A model generated the notes under the pieces. The model had not been told where the DNA came from. It searched no databases and saw only the letters and a list, made by a program, of their open reading frames with translations. Positions 29,341 to 41,343 of a stretch of DNA of 64,000 nucleotides are shown piece after piece. The translations under genes were made by a program, and so were the position numbers. Source of the stretch: Mobula hypostoma (lineage: Eukaryota); NCBI RefSeq assembly GCF_963921235.1, contig NC_086104.1:20956001-21020000 (forward strand). The letters are read 5' to 3'. The first letter of the stretch is position 1. Every line of letters begins with the position of its first letter.

Positions 29341-30399
29341 ATGACGACCGTGGTGATGGAACAGATTGGTAGACTCTTCATCAATATCCAGCAGATCCGT
29401 CAGATCCCAAGCCTGGTGGAGCAGTCCATTCCCAGCCTGCCGTGCACCGTGAAGGATTGGGAGGTGCCGCGGATATTCCGGGAGCCGTACATCCACTCTG
29501 GCTACAGACCGGTGGAGCAGAGCTGGCGATACTACCTGTTCACCTTGTTCCTGCGGCACAACGAGTCCATCAATGTCTGGTCCCACCTCTTCGCTGCGCT
29601 GATCATCCTCCTGAAGCTGCAGGAGTTCTCCCGGACGGTGGACTTCTGGTCGGACCGGCACGCGTTGCCACTGCTGATCCTCCTCCTCTCTGCCTTCTGC
29701 TACCTGACCTGCAGCTCCCTTGCCCACCTCCTGCATGCCCGTTCGGAGCTCGCCCATTATTCCTTTTTCTTTGTGGACTACATCGGTGTGGCGGTCTATC
29801 AGTATGGGAGTGCTTTGGTCCACTATTACTACTCCATTGAAGAGGAGTGGTACCACGTCATCAAAATGTTCTACCTCCCCATGGCCACCTTGTTGGCTTG
29901 GATGTCCTGTTTAGGATCCTGCTATGCAAAATCTAATGCCAAGTTGCTGCACCCTTGGTCACGCAAACTCTACCAGATAGTCCCAGCCGGGCTGGCCTAC
30001 ATGTTGGACATCAGCCCTGTGGTGCATCGGATATATAGCTGCTACTCGTCGAATTGCACTGACACTGCCATTTGGTACCACCAATGCCAGATCATCTGCT
30101 TCCTCGCAAGTGCTCACTTCTTCTCGTGTCCTCACCCAGAGAAGTGGCTCCCCGGAAAATGCGACATCTTCCTGCAGGGGCATCAGATTTTCCATGCCTT
30201 TATGGTCCTCTGCACCCTGGCCCAATTGGAAGCTATCCATCTGGATTACAAACACCGGCAGCATTTCTATCAGACGTGGCATAGCGACTCCACCTGCTCT
30301 GTGCTGCTCTGTCTCGCAGTGATCGTTTCCTCCAGCGTTGTCACTGCCGTTTACATGAGGCACCTCATCAAAATCAAACTCGGCCTCAAGGAGAAGTGA
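29341..30399 (+). CDS. PAQR7: Membrane progestin receptor alpha-like (PAQR7/paqr7b type), 352 aa, intronless, nested in YIPF4 intron 1
   Basis: Intact ORF with accATG Kozak context; N-terminus MTTVVMEQIGRLFIN closely resembles teleost mPR-alpha; PAQR motifs EPYIHSGYR, HNESINVWSH, SSLAH, DYIG, PEKWLPGKCDI, HQIFH; multiple hydrophobic segments. Family is secure; PAQR7 versus PAQR8 orthology needs a tree. Confidence 0.88.
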   Translation: MTTVVMEQIGRLFINIQQIRQIPSLVEQSIPSLPCTVKDWEVPRIFREPYIHSGYRPVEQSWRYYLFTLFLRHNESINVWSHLFAALIILLKLQEFSRTVDFWSDRHALPLLILLLSAFCYLTCSSLAHLLHARSELAHYSFFFVDYIGVAVYQYGSALVHYYYSIEEEWYHVIKMFYLPMATLLAWMSCLGSCYAKSNAKLLHPWSRKLYQIVPAGLAYMLDISPVVHRIYSCYSSNCTDTAIWYHQCQIICFLASAHFFSCPHPEKWLPGKCDIFLQGHQIFHAFMVLCTLAQLEAIHLDYKHRQHFYQTWHSDSTCSVLLCLAVIVSSSVVTAVYMRHLIKIKLGLKEK

Positions 30400-32754
30400 A
30401 GATGGGTGCTTCTCAATCCAGCATCTCACCTATCGTGAATATACCATTCATTGGGGAGTGGCGGAAGGGTAGCGGAAAAACTGACTCTGGTTTCCAGCTG
30501 GCAGTGGACTCTGTGCCTGGGAGTTCGATTCTTGGACTGAAATCAACAATGATTTCTACGGCATTTTCACATGAGACTGGCCGTGATTTTTGGCAAGCAT
30601 CAAGGACGTGCAAGGATTTGTCAAATACTGTAATACTGAATGCCTTATATCTTTACATAGCACCTACCTTGTAATTGGTGAATTTGTTCAGTTGGCACCT
30701 GTTCAAGCAGAGCAGGGCCAAGCGTGGTCATGACTCCCTGCGGAGCAGAGTTGGCCAATGAGTAACTGCTAGCTTCTGGTATCTTTATCCTTTCCGGTTC
30801 TGATAAATTTGAAACAGTTACTGTGTTTCTCTTTGAACATGATTTGAGATTAGTGGAATTTATAATATCCAAAGTTTACATTGAATGCACTACACAATGA
30901 CGTTGGTTGATGCTGAGAAAGTCATTGATCTAAATCAACATCAAAAGCCAATATCTGGATGTGCAAGGATATGAAGTATATCAGTGTTACAGAGCTGTGG
31001 CTGATGTGGAGATAATCAGTGCTGTCCACGTGTTAAAAGGTGTACTGCAGTAAAGAATTAATCTATCATATCTCCCAGACCAGAATGCTCTCAATTATCA
31101 GTTCCATTCCAGCCCTTTCTATTCACTCCCTGAACCACTGAATAGCTTTTGGCGATGTTCTATATACCTGTATTTCCTGATCAGTGCCATGATAGTGTAA
31201 TGCTTAGCCCGACGCTATTCCAGCTCGGGGCGTTGGAGTTTGGAGTTCAATTCCACTGTCATCTGTAAGGAGTTTGTATGTCCTCCCTGTGGAATGCGTA
31301 GTTTTCCTCCAGGTCCGCTGGTTCCCGCCCATAGTCCAAAGACGTACCGGTTAGTAGGTTAATTGATCATTGTAGATTGTCCTGCGTTTAGGCTGGGATT
31401 AAGTTGGGGGTTGCTGGGCAGAGTGGCTTGAAGAGCCTATCCCTGAATAAATAAATGAAATCAGTAGAAGGAGACCATTTGGTTCAAGTCTACATTGGCA
31501 CTCAGACTAATCCCAGCCACCACTGTTTTTCTCTGTTACTTATCCTCCCACGTTTCCTTCAGCTTCTCCCATCCCCTCCCCAATTTTATCATGTGTGTAA
31601 GAACTAGGGGCAGTTTGGCCGGGTAACCTACCAAATTGCACATTTCTTAGGATGAGGGAGGAATCAGGAGCATCTGAAGGAAACCCATGTGGTCACAGGG
31701 AAAATGTCAGATTCCACACAAAGTTCTCAGCGGAGCTGTCAGTCACCATGAGACTACAGGTTTGATCTGGCTTGTCTCAGCTCTCTGTGTATTCATTATC
31801 ACAGGAGGTAGTTGGACGTTTTAAACAACTTCCCTGCTCTGTAAATAATGCCATAGGATATTTAACATGCACCTGTGCAAACAATGTTGGTCATTGGATA
31901 GCTCTGATCCTGGCCGACAACTCTTCAGATAGTTGGTGCCTGCCCTTGCCAAACATTACACATTGGTATTACTGATGGTTGACTCTTGAGAACTATCGAG
32001 GCTGTCCAAATGTGAAAGAACATTTTCTGTCTGTGTAATGTTGTGCTCCTCAAGTTCAAAGTCAATTTTGGAAAATTATGTATTTCGATGGCATGCCAGG
32101 ATTAAACACTTCCCGTGTAATTATGGTCACTTGGTGTTTTGCCTCCTGCCAAGTCTGAACTGTGCCGGAAACCTTCCCTGTCGGTTCCATGTACAACAGT
32201 TGCTGCTTCTGTGGCTCGTGAAGAAAAGATTGGAGGTGCAAACGATTATAAAGTAGCAAAAATGGAAGCTTGTGTATGTCTGCTTTAGTGACGTGGGTTG
32301 AGAGCTGTCAGTCTGTTTCCCTTGAAATAAATGTCATTAAATTTTCTGTGTTCACCTGAGTTTACAGCACATCCAGAAAATGTGTGGTCTGGGGTATCAC
32401 GCAAATTTTTTTTTAAAGTAATGGGCTGAAACAGGAGTGCATCCAGCTAAGCCATGAAGGACAACCACCCAAGAGCAGAAACCGCTTGCTGGATACAGCG
32501 CACATAATGTTCAGTTGACCTCATTGTTCACAAAGAGTGAAAGGTTACGCTGAACAACTCCTCTGCTGTTTTTTTTCCCCTTGTTGCACTGTTTTGCAAT
32601 ACTCCCGCTATGATATTGGAAAGGAAGATGATCTTTGTGGTTGCCTTCTATTTCCAACTGTTGGGGAGAAGGGGTGAAGCTCTGGGTGTAATTGACTGAG
32701 GCAGCACTGTTTATGAAGCAAAACTTTCAGCCTTTCAACATGTGTACCCATGCA

Positions 32755-32760
32755 AATAAA
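32755..32760 (+). terminator. Candidate PAQR polyadenylation signal
   Basis: AATAAA, then an A10 run 16 nt later and GT-rich sequence. Confidence 0.4.
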
Positions 32761-33801
32761 ATCATATTCAATGTTTAAAAAAAAAAGTTGTTTGCCATTG
32801 CCTTCTTCCGAGCAGTGTCTTTACAAGATAGGTGACCCCAGCCATTATCAATACTGTTCAGAGATTATCTGCCTGGTGTCAGTGGTCGCACAACCAGGAC
32901 TTGTGATATGCCCCAGCGGCTCATTCGACCATCCACCACCTGCTCCCATAGCTTCATATGACCCTGATCAGTGATTGGGGGTGGGGGTGGGGGTTCTAAG
33001 CAGGTGCTACACCTTGCCCAAGGGTGACTTGCAGGCTAGCGGAGGGTAGGAGTGCTTACACCTTCTTTGGCAGAGACGCATCGCCACCTGGCATTCGAAT
33101 TTCAGCATAGCCCACTCAGGGTAAATTTCACAGTAAAAGCTTCAATAACTAAAAAGGACATTAATAAATTATTGGAACAGTAGTATGTTTAAAATAAAAA
33201 TCATTCAGTGAAAAATCCCAAATGAAACTTAGAATTCCCATTTTTTCTATAAATTTAAATTAATTCCCTCAATCTGCATGTGTACCATGCACATGCATAG
33301 TTTCTTGTATAACAGTTATCAGCCAGACGAGTCACAGATGACATTTTTATGATTGTGGCAGTGGTGTCAGAGATTTGCACAGCAGAGATACAGGTCTTTT
33401 TGCCTAGGGTGTCTGTGCCAGCCGTCATGCCTAGCTATACCAATCCCACTTGCCTACATTAACTTCCTAGCTATGTCCTTCTCATTCAAGCTGAGACTTC
33501 ATTATTGTTACTGTCCCTGCCTCCTCCACCGAATTCTGTCAGCTCTGTTAGAAATTCTACTGTGTGAAAAATTTACTGTTCAAATTCTCTTTGAACTTTC
33601 TCATTTCATATTAAACCTATACTCTCTTGTTTTGGAAACCTCTTACCATAGGAAACAGGTTCTGGCAATCACCCTAATGTCTCTGATATTTTATACACTT
33701 CCATCATGTCACCTCTTAGGCTCTTTTTGTCTAAGGAAAACAGAGCCAGTCTATCTAGTCTCTCATGTAACTCAAGCCCCCCAATCCAGGCAGCAGACTG
33801 A

Positions 33802-34171
33802 GTAGAGTACCAACACAAAGCCTGTGTACAAGGTCCAGAGTCGTACAGTACCAACACAAAGCCCGTGTACAAGGGCCAGAGTCGTACAGTACCAACACAA
33901 AGCCCGTGCACAAGGGCCAGAGTCGTAGAGTACCAACACAAAGCCCGTGTACAAGGGCCAGAGTCGTACAGTACCAACACAAAGCCCGTGCACAAGGGCC
34001 AGAGTCGTAGAGTACCAACACAAAGCCCGTGTACAAGGGCCAGAGTCGTAGAGTACCAACACAAAGCCCGTGTACAAGGGCCAGAGTCGTAGAGTACCAA
34101 CACAAAGCCTGTGTACAAGGGCCAGAGTCGTAGAGTACCAACACAAAGCATGTGCACAAGGGCCAGAGTCG
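33802..34171. repeat. 41-bp minisatellite, 9 copies
   Basis: Unit AGTACCAACACAAAGCCCGTGYACAAGGGCCAGAGTCGTAS starts at 33806, 33847, 33888 ... 34134; no spacers. Confidence 0.97.
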
Positions 34172-34720
34172 CCTGCACTTTCTGAGGGGACTGAGGTCCT
34201 TTGGAGTATGCAGCTCTCTCCTTCACATGTTCTACCAGTCTGTTGTCGCCAGTACAATCTTCTATATGGTGGTGTGTTGTGGCAATGGCATCAACATGGG
34301 TGATACCAACAGGCTCAATAAACTGATTAGAAAGGCTGGGCTCTATTAGCAGAGTCAAACTGAACACACTGGAGGCTGTGGAAGAACAAAGGACCCCACG
34401 GAAAAGCCAGACAATTCTAGACAATGCTTCTTACCCTCTGCATGCCACCTTGGCTGAATAGAGGAGTACTTTTAGTAATAGACTAAGACAACTGCACTGC
34501 TCCAAAGAGCACTGTACGATGTCATTCTTACTCTTGGTCATTAGGCTCTACAATGAGTCAACCTATAGCCTGGGAAGTGATGACCCCTCCTGTAAGATTG
34601 TTTGAGGTGGCTTTTCTTTTCTTTCTTACTTCTCTTCTAATATTTGTATATCTATGCACTTGCAATGCTACTGTGACATGTTAATTTCCTTTGGAATCAA
34701 TGAAGTATCTATCATTTATT
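34134..34720 (+). mobile_element. LINE (Rex-Babar/L2-like) 3' fragment
   Basis: KGQSRLHFLRGLRSFGVCSSLLHMFYQSVVASTIFY. Confidence 0.75.
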
Positions 34721-37700
34721 GTTTGTATACTTATTGAGAAACAGCATAGAATAGGCCCTTCAGGCCCTTTGACTTGCGCCACCAAGCAACAGCCAATTTG
34801 ACCCTAGCCTAATCATGAAGCAATTTACAATGACCGATTAATCTACTAAACCAGTACATCTTTTGACTGTGGGAGGAAACTGGAGGACTCGAAGAAAGCC
34901 CACGCATTCCACGGCGAGGACGTACAGACTCTTTGCAGGTCATGCCAGAATTGAACTCTGAACTCTGAACAACATGCTTGAGAAACTTTTCTGCACCTAC
35001 TCTTAATCATACAGTACATTTCCCTTAGTAAAGACAGACTGCGTGCAAACATACAAGTGTAGATTAAGCAACATTTTGTACAACTGTAACATGGAAATCT
35101 GAAAACTTGTACCCAAAGCCTTGGCTGATGAAGACGTGTATGCCATACGCCTTCTTCACTATCCTATCTATTTTGCCACATTCAGGGAACCATGTACTTG
35201 TACACCCAAGTCAATGTTCAACAACACTCCCCAATATTGTGCCATTCATTGTGTATGCCCTGCCCTGATTTAACTTCCCAAAATAAGTCAAATTCCAAAC
35301 CTTTGGTCACTTTCCCAGTTGATCAATATTCTGTTATAACCTAAGACAACCTTCTTCACTGTCCAGAATACTATCAATGTTGATTGTCACCTGCAGATTT
35401 ACTAATCATGACATGACAAACAAATCACCAATCCCTGTAGCACACTACCGATCAAAGGCCTAATCTGAAAAATAACCATCAATTATCACCCTTTGCCTCC
35501 TATCACCAGCCAATTTTGTATCCAGTTGACTAGTAGTTCTCACTGGACATCATCAGTGTCGAAGTCCATGTAGACAAGACCTACAGCCCTGCCTTTATCA
35601 TCTCTTCAAAAAAAAAATTTGTGAGACAGAATTTCCTGCACGAAAAGCCATGCTGACTATTGCTAGTTATTCCAAATCATCAAATGCAAATAAATACTGC
35701 CCCTCAGAATCCCTTCTATTATCTTTTCCATTGTTGATGCAAGGCTCACAAGCCTGCAGGCCTCTGGCTTAGCCCTGCTGCTTTTCTTAAATAAAGATAC
35801 CACACCAACTATCCACCAGACTTCTGTGGCTGACAAAATTACAAAAGTCTTTACCAGAGCCCTACCAGTCAGCTTCCTTGCTTCTTATAATGTACTAGAA
35901 CACATCTGGCCAGATCCTTGGAACATCTATTTTTAAATGCAATTCAGGACCTCTAACACCTCCTCCTTTGTAATGTTGCTATCCTCTAAATTATCACTAC
36001 TCCATTCCCTGAAGACACTAGCTTTTATGTCCTTCTCCACAGTAATCTGTGCACTCTTCTTCATTAATTCTGGCCTCTTTTTCTGTTCAGTACATCTTGC
36101 TCCCCCAAAAACTTTTATTTCAGTTGTTTAGCCTGAGCACTCAGCTGTGTATGCATTGCTATCTATCCAACTAGTGATAGCTTTGCTTCCTCATTGTTAC
36201 TTCTTAAAACCCTGCCCCTAAAGATTCATTTCTCAGTGGTCTGCCTCCCCAGAGACCTCTCAAAATATGATTAACTTCATCTGCAAGTGTACCGTCCCTC
36301 CAGTGCATGTTTTCAGTCCACAATTAATGTCCTCCCCCCCCGCAAAAAAACAAGTGTTGCATCATGTAAATCAGTGATAATAAACCCGATTCTGAAAAAC
36401 CATTTCCTTCAGTCAAAAACTAGCCAGATCAAAGCCATTGTTTGCAGACATTCAGAAATCTGGCACTCCTGTCACAGCTCTCGATACCCTTATAAAATTG
36501 AATCTTGACCTCACAACCTATCTCATTATGACATTGCACCCCTGTCTACCTGTACTGCACTTCCTCTGTAACAATATTCAGTACTCTTATTGTTCAACCT
36601 TGCACTACAGCAATGCACTGTTGCAGTGAATTGATCTGTATGAACATATTTGAGACAAGCTTTTCACTAACCCTTGGTACATCTGACAATAAAAACCCAA
36701 TCTATCAATTTAACAATTTGATTAAATTACATAATTTGAACTGGCGCCTAATTTCTAGCTCCATATTTGCAACACAAATGACAAAATCTGTTGTTGGCAG
36801 AATGTCAGATAGCGATGAGGCTAGTGCAGTGATGTCACAACAACAAACTTGCAACAGCAGCAAGACCAAGGAATTCAGAAAGGAAAAAACTGATGGAACA
36901 CATGCTTGTTGAGGGCTCACTGGTGGAAAGGTGAGCAGCTTCAACTCCTTAAGCATCAACACTCAGGGGATCTATCTTGAGCCCAATACATTGATGCAAT
37001 CATAAAAAGCTTGCAGCTGTGCTGCTTCATTAGGAGTCTGAGAAGGTTTCATACGTCACCATATATTGTCACAAATTTCTACAGATGTACAGAGCACAGC
37101 ATTCTGACCAGTTGCATCACAACCTGATATGGAGGCTCAAATGTACAGAACTGCAAGAGAATGCAAAGTTGTAGCATCAGCCAGTTCCATCTTGGGTACA
37201 AGCCTCCCCACCACTGAGGACATCTTCTGGAGGCAGTGCCCCCAAAGCAGCAGTGGTCATCATTAAAGACCCTTACCATCCAGGACGTCTTCTTTGCATT
37301 GGGGAGGAGGTACAGGCAACTGAAGCATTTTAAGGACAGCTTCTTCCCCTCCACTATCAGATTTCTGAACAGTCCACAAATAACAGTCCTGTTATTCATT
37401 TTTCCCTCTACTGCATTATTGTAAATTATAGCAAATCTTAGTCTTGCATTGTACTGCTGCCAAAAGCAATTTTACATCATTTTTAATAAACCTGTATTAT
37501 TCACATTCATTCTTCAGAATGATTCCCAACGTTCTGAAATTTAATATTCCCATCTTTTTTTTAAAAATGTGTTATCAAACACTTTAGTTCCCATCTTTGG
37601 CCTCTTTCATTTCCTTTGCCTAATCACAGCCAACCATATGTTCTAAATAAGTTGCAAATGTATGCTTTTCACTTTCCCTGTCCTTTAAGTCAACCCTTCA

Positions 37701-38459
37701 CTCTTAAACCACTCATTTTATTAGGACTTTGTTTTTCACTGACTTGCACAATTGTGAAGTGCCTGCAGCGTTGGTTCCCGTCGTTTTTGACAATGATGTT
37801 TGTAGAGCTGCACGGAGAAAAACCTGTACAGGAGGAGTTTTACAGTAAAAAAGCCATTGCACTGGTGCCATACCACTCTCTCAGCCTCAAAAATATCTGT
37901 CCAATGGTCCAAAATTATCACGTCTACAGACTTCCTCGGCTGCAGTGGATAGCCATGACATCTACTGTGCCTTGTCATGCTCTTCGCTCTCCACGAAGTG
38001 TTGCAGCACCACCACCTTAGCTGTTGGATCTTCCGGTTTATCTCATCCGCCCAATCTGCTTGAACTGGCTTCGCATGCTGTGGCAGGCATATCCCTATCT
38101 CACTGGGGTTGGAGGTTCCCAGCTAACCTCACCTGGTTTAGTCCACCTGTCAAAGCAATGTACCGGGGCGTGGCCACTGTTGCATGCAAACAGTTACTTG
38201 GAGGCTTAGGTGAGAACCAAAGGTGGACAAGCTGCCCCTGGGCAGAGCATGGCAAGCCCGCCACGAGAGGTGCTACCCCTCCCTGCAGTTGTTACTCTAT
38301 AAGAATACAATCTATTGAATTACCAGCAGTGTTTACTGTATTTGCAAGAGCAATTTGACATATTATTCCAAAACAGAAGTACTACACCCATTAGAATAGC
38401 AGAAAAAAGTGATGTGTATTTTCCATAGAGCTTTGCAGTTAGTTGAACTTTTGAATGTA

Positions 38460-39325
38460 CAGTTGGCCCTCCTTATCCGCCAGTACCGCATGCGCGAATT
38501 CAACCAACCGCGAATTGAGAAAACCCAGAAGTGCTCTTCCAGCACTTGCTGTTCNNNNNNNNNNNNNNNNNNNNNNNNNNNNNNNNNNNNNNNNNNNNNN
38601 NNNNNNNNNNNNNNNNNNNNNNNNNNNNNNNNNNNNNNNNNNNNNNNNNNNNNNNNNNNNNNNNNNNNNNNNNNNNNNNNNNNNNNNNNNNNNNNNNNNN
38701 NNNNNNNNNNGAAAAAAAAATGGGAGTTCTCTTACTAAGTAAGTTGGAACAGGTACATCTGGTATTATTTAGTGTCAGCTAGTCAAACGTTTGTCTTAGT
38801 ATATAGTATATATTTTACCTTTCTATGCATATAAAATACTTAAGAAATGTACGTTTCAGCGCTGGGCTCGGGAACAGAAGTTCCCGAGTTTGATCTAGTG
38901 ACAGATCGTTCCCGAGTGCACTGTCCATCCCTGCCAGGTTGATGTGGAGGATCAAAAATCCAAAACCCCAAAACCCAATAATTAAACCACTGCGTTGCTT
39001 AGTAATAATTGTAGCTTTAATCGGGCAGGGCCTTTCTAGTTTTATCCTTTAAAATTGTTCCGGTCGTTGCCCAACTGCAGCCTAACGCTTCTTCAATGAC
39101 CGATGGTGTTTCACCTCTTTCTGATTGCTTTATTATTTCCACTATATTTTAAACTGCAATCGTGATTATTTTCGTGAACAGAAACACTGCGGATTCAGAG
39201 CTCTGCCACCGAGTCCAAGGTCCACTGCATTGAGACAGGTTGAATAAGGAACTTGAGCATCTGCGTTTTTTGGTATCTGCGAGGGGTCCCGGAACCAATC
39301 CCTCGCGGATAAGGAGGGCCGACTG
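38460..39325. mobile_element. Tigger/pogo-type non-autonomous element spanning the assembly gap
   Basis: TA followed by TIR CAGTTGGCCCTCCTTATCCGC; matching right TIR GCGGATAAGGAGGGCCGACTG. Confidence 0.8.
38555..38710. other. Assembly gap, 156 N
   Basis: Run of N. Confidence 1.
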
Positions 39326-40189
39326 AAGTCATATTCATAACATAATGAAAGCTGGGACTGGTAATGGGGATAAGCTGAAGGCAGTTATAGCCGGGGTTGG
39401 TCATAGGGACAAACTCCCACTACCTATTAAATGCCCCTAATGGTGTGCGCCTCAAACAGCCTCTGACAACTAAGACCCCAGGGTCTCGGCCTGAAACGTC
39501 GACTGCGCCTCTTCCTATAGATGCTGCTTGGCCTGCTGCGTTCACCAGCAACTTTGATGTATGTTGCTTGAATTTCCAGCATCTGCAGAATTCCTGTTGT
39601 TTTCTGACAACTAAGTCCAGCTCCTGGCCTTCAAGTGGCTTAGCTACTAAACCCAGTAAAACTGTTTCTACTGACAAAAGGAGGCACAAAGGAGGCTTAC
39701 TGGTGCCTTAAAACTATTTGCTTCAGGCAGAGGGGGCTCATCAGCCGTGGTTGGCAGCTCATCCAGAAGGAAAACTCTGATCTCAAACCCCTGCTGCCTT
39801 GCGCTTTACCTACTCATTGGGGAGGGTTCAGGTGTAAACCCCAAGGCAAAAATCCGGAGCTGCAGTCCCTAAGGCAGTCCTACGTTGTGTTCAATGCTAC
39901 TTGGCAACTCCTGCAATATTGCTGGTACTAAACTGTATGGGTCTCTACTGTTCCATTGAGTTTATCAGATGTGTGGAGAGGGGAAGCTTACTGCCTGGGC
40001 ACCAGCTTGCTCTCCATATTATACTGCCAAACCTGCACATCTAGACAGCTAGGACACAATATCCACAGTCAACCCTGACCAATTGAGGCTTCAGACTCAT
40101 AAAATAAAGGCAGCACCTCTGAAGGAGCAACGTGATAACAATCATTCTTTCAATATTGTGCAATGAAGAGTAAACAAAGTTCAAAATTC

Positions 40190-41290
40190 AAAGTAATTTT
40201 CAGTATCAGAGTACATACTTGTCACTGCATAGAATCCTGAGATTCATTTTCCTGCAAACATACTCAGTAAATCTATAGAATGGTAACTATAACAGGATCA
40301 ATGAAAGATCAACCAGAGTACAGAAGACAACAACTCCGCAAATGCAAATATAAATAAATAGCAATAAACAACAAGAACATGAAATAACAAGGTGAAGAGT
40401 CCGTAAAGTGAGATTATTGATCGTAGGAACATCTCAGTGAATGGGCAAGTGAGTGTGGTTGAGGGGTCGTAACTGTTCTTAAACCGAGTGGTGCGAGTCC
40501 TGACGCACCTCTACCTTCTATCTGATGCCAGCCACAAGAAAAGAGCATGGCTAGGGTGTTGGGCATCGCTGCTTTTCTACAACAGCATTTCATGCTGATA
40601 TGCTCAGTGGTTGGGAGGGCTTTACCTGTGATGTACTGGGCTGAATCCACTATATTTTGTAGGATTCTCTTTTCAAAGGCATTGGTGTTTCCTTAACAGG
40701 CCATGCTGCAGCCAGTCAACACACATCTATAAAAACTTGTCAAAGTTCTTGATGTCATGCATATTCTCCGTAGACTCTAAGGAAGTAGAAGCGCTGCCGT
40801 GCTTTCTTTACATGCTAGGTCCAGGACAGATCCTCTTAAATAGTAACATCCAGGAATTTAAAGTTGCTGACCCTTTCCACTTTGGATCTTTCCATGATTA
40901 ATGGCTCATGTACCTCTGGTTTCCCTCTCCTGAAGTCTACAATCAGTTCCTTGGTCTTGCTGATGTAGAGTGAAAAGTTGCTATTATGACGCCACTCAGC
41001 CAATTTTTCAGTCTTCCTTCTGCGTGATGATTCATCACCACCTTTGATACAGCCCACACCAGTGTCATCAGCAAACCTGAATATGGTATTGGAGCTACGT
41101 TTAGCCACACAGTCATAGGTATAAATCAAGTAGAGCAGGAGGCCAAGCAGACAACCCTGTGCTGATGGAGATTGTGAAGGAGATGTTTTTGCCAATCCAC
41201 TTGGATTGGGGTTTACAAGTGAGGAAATCCAGGATCCAATTGCAAAAGGGGGTATTGAGGCCCAGGTCTCGGAGTTTATTCCCTCAGGTT
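40190..41290 (-). mobile_element. Degenerate LINE RT fragment (L2/Rex-like)
   Basis: [18 protein letters not shown]...FADDT...SKTKELIVDFRR. Confidence 0.8.
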
Positions 41291-41343
41291 TGAAGGTAAC
41301 TTGTGCAGAATCAGAATTGTTATGGGAGGATGCTACTTAAGTA

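Noticed and set aside
29107-29856. 249-aa antisense ORF over the PAQR gene
   Set aside because: Shadow ORF expected from GC-rich third codon positions on the coding strand; no recognisable domain.
33802-34171. CRISPR-like array and repetitive ORFs in several frames
   Set aside because: Units are contiguous with no unique spacers, there are no cas genes, and the context is vertebrate. The ORFs result from a stop-poor 41-bp repeat.
38409-38782. ORFs spanning the N run
   Set aside because: Artefacts of the assembly gap.
39340-40100. Possible HDV-like ribozyme in an RTE-like 5' region
   Set aside because: I could not assemble the nested double pseudoknot by eye; it would need an RNAMotif or Infernal search.
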